Origin: Kordia sp. SMS9
Lineage (GTDB): Bacteria; Bacteroidota; Bacteroidia; Flavobacteriales; Flavobacteriaceae
Length of the DNA: 32,000 bases
Direction of reading: 5' to 3'
Assembly: GCF_003352465.1 (NCBI RefSeq)
Contig: NZ_CP031153.1
Location: forward strand, 2,421,533 to 2,453,532
Shown here piece by piece: positions 16,099 to 24,198 of this stretch; within the stretch, counting starts at the first letter, position 1; each line of letters starts with the position of its first letter. The notes beneath the pieces are model-generated. The model saw only the letters and a program-made list of their open reading frames with translations, did not search any database and was not told the origin of the DNA. The position numbers and the translations under genes are program-made.

Positions 16099-16599
16099 AT
16101 GAAAATTCAACGATTCCTTTTACTATTCCTACTAGTTCCGTTGTTTGCATTTACGACAGCGCATAAGTTTTATGTGAGTGTGACTACTATAGAACATAGC
16201 AAACCCGACAAAGCGTTGCAAATTACTACGCGGATTTTCATTGACGATTTTCAGCGTGTATTGGAAGAACGCTACGGTCTTCAAGAGGAATTAACAGTTG
16301 AAAAAAATCCAGAAGTTGTGGAAGGTTTCATGCGAAAATATTTGACCAAAAAAATCAAGATTTGGGTGAATGGAGAAATAAAAGCCATCAATTTTATTGG
16401 AAAAAAATACGAAGACGATGTAACGGTGTGTTATCTTGAAATAGAAGATATTGAACGTGTGCAATCGCTCGAAATTGAAAATGGATTATTGTACGAAATA
16501 GAAGAAGATCAACAGAATTTGGTGCATGTAAAAATCAATAATTCACGGAAAAGTTTATTATTAGTGAAGGAAAACGATAAAGGTTTGTTAAAATTTTAA
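16099..16599 (+). CDS. Conserved hypothetical secreted protein (166 aa) upstream of the M1 peptidase
   Basis: Signal peptide, then HKFYVSVTTIEH.... From memory this resembles a flavobacterial DUF family often found next to M1 peptidases, but I cannot verify that here. Confidence 0.55.
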   Translation: MKIQRFLLLFLLVPLFAFTTAHKFYVSVTTIEHSKPDKALQITTRIFIDDFQRVLEERYGLQEELTVEKNPEVVEGFMRKYLTKKIKIWVNGEIKAINFIGKKYEDDVTVCYLEIEDIERVQSLEIENGLLYEIEEDQQNLVHVKINNSRKSLLLVKENDKGLLKF

Positions 16600-16619
16600 C
16601 AACAAAATTTGAAAATAGT

Positions 16620-16627
16620 TACTTTTG
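16620..16627 (+). promoter_or_regulatory. -7 promoter box TACTTTTG upstream of the M1 peptidase gene
   Basis: An exact TAnnTTTG 37 nt upstream of ATG 16665. Confidence 0.4.
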
Positions 16628-16664
16628 GAGTTGGAAAACCACAAACCTATTTTTTACAAACCTA

Positions 16665-18929
16665 ATGAAACGTATACATTTCTACCTCTTAGCTTTCTTA
16701 TTTATGGGAGCAAATCTTGTCACAGCACAAGAAGACAAAAAACCTCAAGGGCATATCAATACAAACAAGTTCAGACAACTATATCAAGAATTTGCAACCC
16801 CAAATATGTACCGTACAGCTTCTGGAGCTCCAGGAAAAGCATACTACCAACAACAGGCCGACTATGAAATGGAGATTGAGTTGGATGATAAAAATCAAAA
16901 AATTTACGGAGTTGAAACCGTTACGTACACAAACAATTCACCAGATGACTTAGAATACCTTTGGGTACAACTAGACCAGAATGTTCGTGCTAAAAATTCT
17001 CTGAGAAAAGTAAAAGATGGAGGGAGAATTCCGCGGATGCAAAGAGCTTCTAAATTTGTAGGGAGTTATGTAGCAGATCCGTTTGATGGAGGATTCAATA
17101 TTGATTATGTAAAAGATTCGAAAGGAAGACCAATGTCTTTTACAATCAATGAAACGATGATGCGTATCGATTTACCAAAGGCATTAGAGTCGGGTGATAA
17201 AGTTTCTTTTTCTATCAAATGGTGGTACAATATCAACAATCACGTTACCAATAGAGGGCGTTCAGGATATGAATTCTTTGCAAAAGATGGAAACTACGCC
17301 TATGTCATTGCACAGTTTTTTCCACGCATGGCAGTATATAATGATGTAGAAGGTTGGCAAAACTATCAATTTTGGGGAAATGGTGAATTTGCGTTGCCAT
17401 TTGGAAACTATGAAGTAAGCATTACTGTTCCTGCAGATCATATATTGGACGCTACCGGAAAGCTGCAAAATAGAAAAAATGTATACTCAAAAGAAATGAT
17501 GAAGCGGTATGAACGTGCGTTAGAATCGTATGACGAACCTGTAATCATTGTGACACAAGACGAAATAGAAGCCGCTGAGAAAAACTTTTCAAACCAAAAG
17601 AAAACTTGGAAGTTCTACGCTGAAAATGTAAGAGACTTTGCATTTGCAACATCGCGTAAGTTTATTTGGGACATGCAAGCGGTAAATATCAATGGTACAA
17701 GAGTGATGGCAGTTTCTATGTACCCGAAAGAAGGAAATCCACTTTGGGAAAAATATTCAACAAAAGCTGTAGTAAGTACATTAAAAACGTATTCAAAACA
17801 TACATTCGACTATCCATACCACAAAGCAATTTCAGTACATGCTAAAAATCAAGGAATGGAATATCCAATGATTTGCTGGAATTACGGTCGTCCAAACGAA
17901 AATGGAAGCTACTCAGAACGTACCAAGTTTGGAATGATCAGTGTGATCATTCATGAAGTTGGACACAACTTTTTCCCTATGATTGTCAACTCTGACGAAC
18001 GTCAATGGGGATGGATGGACGAAGGATTGGATACATTTATGCAGTACTTAGCTGAACAAGAATTTGCTGAAGCGCATCCAGAATCAGTTGCATCTACAGG
18101 CGGGAAATATCCTTCACGAAGAGGAGAACCATCTAAAATAGTTTCATACATGAAAGGCGGTCAAAATCGCTTGTCGCCAATCATGTCGAATCCTGAAAAT
18201 GTATTCAAATTAGGACCAAACGCTTATGGGAAACCAGCAACAGGATTAAACATTTTGAGAGAAACAATTATGGGACATGATGCATTTGATCATGCATTCA
18301 AAACATACGCACAGCGTTGGAAATTTAAACATCCAACTCCTGAAGATTTCTTCAGAACGATGGAAGATGCTTCTGGAATTGACTTAGATTGGTTTTGGAG
18401 AGGTTGGTTTTACACAACAGATTTTGTAGACATCGGAATTGAAGGTGTAAAAAAATACCAAGTTGGAGTACGTAATGTGAGCAATAGAAGTTTTGTGTAC
18501 TTTATTCCAGAAGATGACGAGCGATACAAAAAAGAAAACGAAGGGAAATCTGTAATAAACAAAGAAGGCAGTGAATCTTTAAAGGAATACTTAATGGATA
18601 ATTTTACGGCAGAAGAAAGAGCAGCCATGGACGATCCAAAATATTTCTATGAAGTTGAGTTCAACAAGCCAGGTGGTTTGGTAATGCCAATTATTTTTGA
18701 ATGTACCTATGAAGATGGATCAAAAGAAATGATCAAATATCCAGCGCAAATTTGGAGAAAAAATGACAATCGTGCGAAAGTTGTTGTTGCATCAGAAAAA
18801 AAATTAGTCAACATTCAGTTAGATCCAAAGCTAGAAACAGCCGATATTGATACCTCAAACAATTTCTGGCCAAAAGAAGAAGGGCAATCAGACTTCAACA
18901 AATTCAAAGAAGACAAAATAAAGCAATAA
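16665..18929 (+). CDS. M1-family (gluzincin) zinc metallopeptidase, secreted (754 aa)
   Basis: Signal peptide. HEVGH followed by exactly 18 residues and then E (HEVGHNFFPMIVNSDERQWGWMDE) gives HExxH-X18-E. QGMEYP sits in the position of the GxMEN exopeptidase motif. Confidence 0.9.
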   Translation: MKRIHFYLLAFLFMGANLVTAQEDKKPQGHINTNKFRQLYQEFATPNMYRTASGAPGKAYYQQQADYEMEIELDDKNQKIYGVETVTYTNNSPDDLEYLWVQLDQNVRAKNSLRKVKDGGRIPRMQRASKFVGSYVADPFDGGFNIDYVKDSKGRPMSFTINETMMRIDLPKALESGDKVSFSIKWWYNINNHVTNRGRSGYEFFAKDGNYAYVIAQFFPRMAVYNDVEGWQNYQFWGNGEFALPFGNYEVSITVPADHILDATGKLQNRKNVYSKEMMKRYERALESYDEPVIIVTQDEIEAAEKNFSNQKKTWKFYAENVRDFAFATSRKFIWDMQAVNINGTRVMAVSMYPKEGNPLWEKYSTKAVVSTLKTYSKHTFDYPYHKAISVHAKNQGMEYPMICWNYGRPNENGSYSERTKFGMISVIIHEVGHNFFPMIVNSDERQWGWMDEGLDTFMQYLAEQEFAEAHPESVASTGGKYPSRRGEPSKIVSYMKGGQNRLSPIMSNPENVFKLGPNAYGKPATGLNILRETIMGHDAFDHAFKTYAQRWKFKHPTPEDFFRTMEDASGIDLDWFWRGWFYTTDFVDIGIEGVKKYQVGVRNVSNRSFVYFIPEDDERYKKENEGKSVINKEGSESLKEYLMDNFTAEERAAMDDPKYFYEVEFNKPGGLVMPIIFECTYEDGSKEMIKYPAQIWRKNDNRAKVVVASEKKLVNIQLDPKLETADIDTSNNFWPKEEGQSDFNKFKEDKIKQ

Positions 18930-18955
18930 CATTGCGACATACAACACCATGTAAA

Positions 18956-18981
18956 AGCCAGCGATATCGCTGGCTTTTCTT
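18956..18981 (+). terminator. Intrinsic terminator after the M1 peptidase gene
   Basis: agccagcgat/atcgctggct is a perfect palindrome followed by a T-rich run (ttttcttatt). Confidence 0.75.
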
Positions 18982-18984
18982 ATT

Positions 18985-19180
18985 TAACGTGAGTTCGACT
19001 TAAAAAACCTTTATTTTACTTGTAATTTACTGAAAAATAAACACTTGTCAGTTCGAGCGCAGTCGAGAACAGCTAAGAATTGATATTTTCAAAGGAATCT
19101 CGACTGCGCTCGATTTGACATTAAGTGTAATGTATTAACAATAAAGTACATAGCATAATATTTATATCGAACTCACGTTA
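18985..19180. repeat. Nested inverted-repeat (imperfect long palindrome, REP/MITE-like) intergenic element
   Basis: The outer 14-bp inverted repeat is taacgtgagttcga (18985-18998) / tcgaactcacgtta (19167-19180). The inner perfect 15-bp GC-rich inverted repeat is tcgagcgcagtcgag (19053-19067) / ctcgactgcgctcga (19099-19113), flanked by tgtca/tgaca. Confidence 0.7.
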
Positions 19181-19274
19181 TTTAATGAAAAGTTTACAGA
19201 AAAAATAACAGAAAGCACTAGTGTTTCAGACAAGAAAAAAAGATCAAACAAGTTCATCATAGGATTTACTTGAT

Positions 19275-19282
19275 TATATTTG
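19275..19282 (+). promoter_or_regulatory. -7 promoter box TATATTTG upstream of tatA
   Basis: An exact TAnnTTTG 18 nt upstream of ATG 19301. Confidence 0.45.
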
Positions 19283-19300
19283 TATAATAATTGAATAAAC

Positions 19301-19573
19301 ATGGTATTATTTATTAGTGGTGGAGAAATATTTGTAATCATGCTCATTGTAGTAATGGTATTTGGTGCGGATAAAATTCCTGAAATTGCGCGCGGCTTAG
19401 GAAAAGGAATGCGTCAATTAAAAGATGCTACAAATGAAATAAAGCATGAAATTCAAAAAAGTGCCGAAGACAGTGGCATAGATACTGATATTGCCAGTGA
19501 TGTTCAAAATGAAATCAACAAAGTAAAAGAAGATATTGATGACATGTCAGGACCTATCAAAAGGCAATTTTAA
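19301..19573 (+). CDS. tatA: Twin-arginine translocase subunit TatA/E
   Basis: An N-terminal TM helix then an amphipathic helix: GGEIFVIMLIVVMVFGADKIPEIARGLGKGMRQLKDA, which matches the canonical TatA pattern. Confidence 0.85.
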   Translation: MVLFISGGEIFVIMLIVVMVFGADKIPEIARGLGKGMRQLKDATNEIKHEIQKSAEDSGIDTDIASDVQNEINKVKEDIDDMSGPIKRQF

Positions 19574-20136
19574 TGCTCAATAGCTGGTTGACATACGATA
19601 AAGAATTGCTCATTTATCTAAACAATTTAGGAGATATGCAATTTGAAATCTTTTGGCTCTCCGTCACAAAATTTATCTATTGGATTCCACTCATCATCTT
19701 TATTTTTTATAGCATCTACAGAAAATTTCCAAAAAAACAAGCCGTATACATTATCGGTTATGGCATTGGCATTTTATTATGCTCTTTACTCGTTGTAGAA
19801 CTTGTAAAAATAGGTGTAGAGCGCATGCGTCCTTGCAACGATCCATCGGTGGCGCCGTTTCTAAACATTGTCATTCAACCCAAAAATTACAGCTTTTTCT
19901 CTGGACATGCTACCGTTTCCGTAGCTTTTACCACCTTTATGTGTTTAATGGTGAGAAAATCGCTTCCGCAGATACGACTCTTGGTCATTTGGCCTTTGCT
20001 GTTCATGTACAGCCGCCTCTATTTCGGAGTTCATTATCCGTCCGATATCTTCACAGGAATGCTTATTGGAATTTTGATTGGAATTGCATTTCATCGAATT
20101 TGCAATGCACGCATAGTAAAATTACGAATTTATTAA
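19573..20136 (+). CDS. PAP2-family membrane phosphatase (187 aa)
   Basis: PAP2 motifs KxxxxxxRP (KIGVERMRP), SGH (FFSGHAT) and ...HYPSD. It is multi-TM. Its start overlaps the tatA stop by 1 nt (TAATG). Confidence 0.8.
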   Translation: MLNSWLTYDKELLIYLNNLGDMQFEIFWLSVTKFIYWIPLIIFIFYSIYRKFPKKQAVYIIGYGIGILLCSLLVVELVKIGVERMRPCNDPSVAPFLNIVIQPKNYSFFSGHATVSVAFTTFMCLMVRKSLPQIRLLVIWPLLFMYSRLYFGVHYPSDIFTGMLIGILIGIAFHRICNARIVKLRIY

Positions 20137-20173
20137 TATATTCGTTAAAATTTTAACCAATCAACAATATTAC

Positions 20174-21688
20174 ATGAAAAATCTTAACCTAAGACTAGCC
20201 GTGTTAGTGGTTGCTTTTGGCGTAATTTCTTGTTCAAATGACACCGCATTTGAAACTGTAGAAGAAGAAAGCAACATTGAAAACTTACAAGCGAAGCCAT
20301 TAACTCCAGCACAAATCAACACCAAAATCAACGAAACTGTTTCCAACCGAGAACAATTTGAGTGGACAAAAATGGACGCACACACCATATGGAGTGCCAC
20401 CGTTCACGGTGATCAAATCTTAACCATTGGATATGGAAATGATGACAACGATTTTAACAAAAATGATTCCAATGCAGCAGGTATTAAAAACCAACTCATT
20501 CAGCGAATTGCAACCATAGATGGCAATGGACAAAAGAAAACGAGCGATTTTTTAATCGACGATGACGATCAACTCAACATCATTGATGTTAAAATAGAAA
20601 ATTTAGCAACCGTAGTAGATTTACTCTCACAAAAAGGAATTCGATACATTGAACCTACAGGATATCGCTACTTAGATCATGAAGCAACTGCAAAATCTGG
20701 AGCAGGTTGCGGATACGAATCAGCAACACTCAATGCTGCCGATTACACAACCATAGCCCCAGGAGCCAAAGTACCTTGGACGTTTTACGAGCATAACATT
20801 CCATCAGCTTGGAATTACAGTACAGGAGCTGGCGTAGGAATCGGAGTTATTGATACAGGATTAACTCCAAACAACTCTTTAATGAACGGAAACTTCAATG
20901 ATGGATATTCTTCAGGAAGATATGTTCAAAAATTTGGAACGTTTGTAGATTCTTGGTGGCCTTGGTCAAGCAGGACAGATGGTCCAAATGACAAATGTGG
21001 ACATGGAACAAGTATGACGGCAGTAGCAACTGCGCCTAGAAATAACAATGGAATGCCAGTAGGAGTTGCATATAATTCAAATTTAATTAGTTATCGTGGA
21101 ACAAAAAATGTACTTTTAGACGGTTATCACGAGCAAAAAGGGGTTGCAAATGCATTAACAGCACTTGGAAACAGAAGCGATGTAAAAGTAATTTCAATGT
21201 CTATCGGGCATATCATTTCTGTTGGAAGAATCAAAGATGCCGTGCGATATGCAAACAATAGAGGAAAATTAATCTTTGCTGCTGGTGGTACTTCCACAAG
21301 TTTCACTAACTTTGTAGGAGTGATATTTCCAGCATGGATGGATGAAACGGTAGCTGTAACAGGTGTAACAGATGCAAATTACTATGAAGAGTGTGACATT
21401 TGCCACAAAGGAAGCAAAATTGATTTCACCGTAGTTATGCAGCGTGATGGCAAAGGAAGTAGAACAACGCCAGTACTAAGTTACTATAATGGACAAACGG
21501 ATTATGTTGGTGGTTCATCAGTAGCAACGGCAACAACAGCAGGAATTGCAGCGCTTGTATGGTCAAGACATCCTAGCTGGTCAAAAACACAGGTATTAAA
21601 CAGATTGAAACAGTCTGCAGATCTATATCCAAACAGAAGTTCTCAGTACGGATATGGAAATATAAACGCATTGCAAGCAGTTCAATAG
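20174..21688 (+). CDS. S8-family (subtilisin-like) serine peptidase lipoprotein (504 aa)
   Basis: Lipoprotein signal (VVAFGVISCSND). The catalytic triad contexts are GVIDTGL (Asp), CGHGTSMTA (His) and GGSSVATATTAG (Ser). Confidence 0.85.
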   Translation: MKNLNLRLAVLVVAFGVISCSNDTAFETVEEESNIENLQAKPLTPAQINTKINETVSNREQFEWTKMDAHTIWSATVHGDQILTIGYGNDDNDFNKNDSNAAGIKNQLIQRIATIDGNGQKKTSDFLIDDDDQLNIIDVKIENLATVVDLLSQKGIRYIEPTGYRYLDHEATAKSGAGCGYESATLNAADYTTIAPGAKVPWTFYEHNIPSAWNYSTGAGVGIGVIDTGLTPNNSLMNGNFNDGYSSGRYVQKFGTFVDSWWPWSSRTDGPNDKCGHGTSMTAVATAPRNNNGMPVGVAYNSNLISYRGTKNVLLDGYHEQKGVANALTALGNRSDVKVISMSIGHIISVGRIKDAVRYANNRGKLIFAAGGTSTSFTNFVGVIFPAWMDETVAVTGVTDANYYEECDICHKGSKIDFTVVMQRDGKGSRTTPVLSYYNGQTDYVGGSSVATATTAGIAALVWSRHPSWSKTQVLNRLKQSADLYPNRSSQYGYGNINALQAVQ

Positions 21689-21722
21689 AACAGTTGGCAT
21701 ATTTAGTTTAGTAAATAGGGAG

Positions 21723-21753
21723 AAACTCTCGTCGTCATGGCGAGAGTTTTTTT
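21723..21753 (+). terminator. Intrinsic terminator after the S8 peptidase gene
   Basis: aaactctcg-tcgtcatgg-cgagagttt forms a 9-bp stem, extended by a T-run. Confidence 0.75.
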
Positions 21754-21818
21754 ATTACAAAAGATTCTTTAAAATCTTTTGGTTTGTTTGGTATTTTAAA
21801 TTGAAAAAGATTTCTTTT

Positions 21819-21939
21819 AACAGCTAACAGCTAACAGCTAACAGTTAACAGTTAACAGTTAACAGCTAACAGCTAACAGCTAACAGCTAACAGCTAACAG
21901 CTAACAGCTAAACAGCTAACAGCTAAACAGTTAACAGTT
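21819..21939. repeat. Heptanucleotide tandem-repeat array of 17 units (AACAGCT / AACAGTT variants)
   Basis: Counted directly: 3x AACAGCT, 3x AACAGTT, 7x AACAGCT, then AAACAGCT, AACAGCT, AAACAGTT, AACAGTT. Stop codons occur in all six frames. Confidence 0.95.
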
Positions 21940-22142
21940 GGTTAAATTTTTCGTATTTGATTTTCAGATAGTTACAAAATAAGGAGTCCAAAAAAGGGTC
22001 AATTTCTATGCTTTTCGGTACTCGGAAACGGTACTCTTTTGACACCTTAAAATTACTAAATTTTTGACTGATTTTAGCTGTTTATCTATCGCTGAAAAAG
22101 TATCAGTTTTCTCATGTAATTACAATAAAAATACACGAAAAA

Positions 22143-22382
22143 ATGGTACGTAAAGAACAAACAAAAAGAAAATCAATTGTAGACAAATTAGATTTGGCTT
22201 TGATTCCTAAATCAACCAAACCACTCATTGATACAAAAAAAGTATTAAAGCACACTGTAGCTAAAGTAGCACTATGTGGTGTGGCAATTTATGGAATACT
22301 CAAAGTGTCAAAATACTTTGTCAGTGCTTATGCAGAACTTATTCGAGCATCAAAGAACTTGAGTGATGCACATAAATATTGA
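22143..22382 (+). CDS. Hypothetical small membrane protein (79 aa)
   Basis: It has a basic N-terminus and one predicted TM helix (VAKVALCGVAIYGILKV). I recognise no family, so the coding status is uncertain. Confidence 0.35.
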   Translation: MVRKEQTKRKSIVDKLDLALIPKSTKPLIDTKKVLKHTVAKVALCGVAIYGILKVSKYFVSAYAELIRASKNLSDAHKY

Positions 22383-22707
22383 ATAAAACGAAAGCTTTTA
22401 CTTTTCAGATTGCCTTTTAGCAATTTTAAGTTGTTTTATCATAATATCTATCACTAGGATTTGATTTTCTTGAAAGCGCTCCCAAAGGATATCCAAAGAG
22501 CCAATCACGTTTGCTAAATGTGGTTGGCTTTCTTTTGTAAGCGTATTGTATGATGGATTCTCTTTTTTTCTTTCGATGTCCTAATATTTTATAATCAAAT
22601 TGGTATTATTATAATCACATAGATATTTTAGCAACTGACAATTAATTTATGTAAATTTCGTTCTTAATAGAATTTACTAAACAAAAACTCAAATTACCAA
22701 CTACATT

Positions 22708-23538
22708 ATGAAGAAGATTATCCTTCCTGTTGATTTCTCAAAGCATTCAGAATATGCTTTAGAAACAGCTGCCGCACTTGCTAAAAAGCACAATTCTCAA
22801 TTGATTGTTATGAATATGTTAGAGTTGTCAGAATCGATCATTTCTAACTCAAGTTCTGATAGACAAAATGAAATGCTATTCAATTTAGCATTAGCGAATA
22901 AAGAATTTGAATCGTTTTTAGATAAAGAGTATTTAGAAGGTTTAGATGTGGTGCCAATGATTAAGCATCATAAAGTACTGAAAGAAGTAGATGCGGTTGC
23001 AAAATCTGAAAATGCAGATTTAATCATCATGGGATCCCGTGGACACAGTAATCACGACGGAATTTTTACAGGATCGAATACAGAAAAAGTGGTTCGTTTT
23101 AGTGAAACTCCAGTATTAGTAGTTAAAGGAAAAAACACAGACATTAATTTTGATAATGTTGTGCTGGCTACTGATTTTTCAGAAGAAAGCATTCCTGCAT
23201 TTCAAAAAGCTACTAACTTATTAGGAGAATTGGCAAGCAATGTCTCGTTATTACATGTAAATGTACCTAGCAATAAATTTAAAAGTACAGCCGAACTTGA
23301 AGAAAAAGCGGCAGACTTTTTTGCGAAAGCGAACGCAGAAAGCTGGAAAAATAAAGTGAAGTATGTGGCTGATTATACCGTAGAAGATGGAATCTTAAAT
23401 CATTCTAAAAGGTCAGGAGCAAAAGCAATTGCCATGACAACACACGGACGTAAAGGATTGAGTCATTTCTTTGGTGGAAGTGTGACAGAAGATTTGGCAA
23501 ATCATGCAAAATTGCCTGTACTGACCGTTAAAATGTAA
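22708..23538 (+). CDS. Tandem-domain universal stress protein (UspA family, 276 aa)
   Basis: Two Usp units, each starting ...ILPVDFS / VVLATDFSE and ending with G..GH......GS..E.V......PVLV/PVLTVK. Confidence 0.85.
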   Translation: MKKIILPVDFSKHSEYALETAAALAKKHNSQLIVMNMLELSESIISNSSSDRQNEMLFNLALANKEFESFLDKEYLEGLDVVPMIKHHKVLKEVDAVAKSENADLIIMGSRGHSNHDGIFTGSNTEKVVRFSETPVLVVKGKNTDINFDNVVLATDFSEESIPAFQKATNLLGELASNVSLLHVNVPSNKFKSTAELEEKAADFFAKANAESWKNKVKYVADYTVEDGILNHSKRSGAKAIAMTTHGRKGLSHFFGGSVTEDLANHAKLPVLTVKM

Positions 23539-23560
23539 TTTATATATATATCATAAAAAA

Positions 23561-23589
23561 GACCTAACGAATTTCGTTAGGTCTTTTTT
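23561..23589. terminator. Bidirectional intrinsic terminator between usp (+) and the 23609-24034 gene (-)
   Basis: gacctaacgaa / ttcgttaggtc is an 11-bp palindromic stem flanked by A6 and T6. Confidence 0.8.
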
Positions 23590-23608
23590 ATTTACAATCG
23601 TAAGATTG

Positions 23609-24034
23609 TTAGGAATTCATGTTTTTGATCGCTTCTTTGTAAGATGCTAAATCCGTTCCATCTTTAAATAAAGTTAGCGATTTAGCAACAATATATTGTA
23701 CATTACTTGGGTTGAATCCCATGGCTTTTGCCATACGCTCTAGCCACATTGATTGGTGTTTTCCTTCAATATCTTTATCCTCGTAGATGACTTGTACAAC
23801 TTTATAAAAATTCTCTAAACGTTCAGTATACGTATACGGAGCTTCAATAGCTTGTTTCATATAGTTATCACTAATCGTTTTATATTCTGCATCAGAAATT
23901 CCAAGTTTAGTGGCTAAGTATTTCAAAAAAACTTTTTCATCTTCAGTAGTATCTCCATCTCTAAAAGTAATCTTCATTATCGCCGAAAAAGCATCATGAT
24001 ATTGACTGCGTGAATGGTCATTTTGTGAACTCAT
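23609..24034 (-). CDS. Small cytoplasmic helical protein, TerB-like (141 aa)
   Basis: The segment ...ITFRDGDTTEDEKVFLKYLATKLGISDAEY... resembles the TerB/DjlA-N-type D..EE..L..... pattern. The family call is tentative. Confidence 0.4.
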   Translation of the reverse strand: MSSQNDHSRSQYHDAFSAIMKITFRDGDTTEDEKVFLKYLATKLGISDAEYKTISDNYMKQAIEAPYTYTERLENFYKVVQVIYEDKDIEGKHQSMWLERMAKAMGFNPSNVQYIVAKSLTLFKDGTDLASYKEAIKNMNS

Positions 24035-24198
24035 AAACTATAATTTAAGTATTATTCAATAATAATGAATACAAGATAATTAATAAACCGCTACAATCAT
24101 AATTATTGTAACATAATAATCGTTAATTTGAAACAAAAGAAGTGTACTGATTTAGGTATAAATTACTATCTTATTTTCCTGAAAATGAAAACCATTTT

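Noticed and set aside
16625-16953. Two ~80-aa ORFs (16625-16867, 16717-16953) overlapping the 5' end of the M1 peptidase gene in other frames.
   Set aside because: The M1 frame has a clean signal peptide and strong family motifs. The alternatives are off-frame readings with no features.
19162-19347. A 61-aa minus-strand ORF overlapping the tatA start and the nested palindrome.
   Set aside because: It overlaps the tatA promoter and start and one arm of the inverted repeat. Its composition is low in complexity and it has no motif.
21819-21939. Whether the heptamer array could be a CRISPR array.
   Set aside because: The units are 7 bp and directly abut with no spacers. There are no cas genes in the window.
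22398-22583. A minus-strand stop-to-stop frame of 60 codons (DIERKKENPSYNTLTKESQPHLANVIGSLDILWERFQENQILVIDIMIKQLKIAKRQSEK) with coding-like composition.
   Set aside because: It has no canonical start near its 5' end. The first GTG or TTG would leave fewer than 40 aa. It may be a pseudogene remnant or a small gene, but it is unsupported without comparative data.
23541-23551. A short (TA)5 microsatellite just after the usp stop codon.
   Set aside because: It is too short to be notable in AT-rich DNA and lies just upstream of the terminator hairpin.
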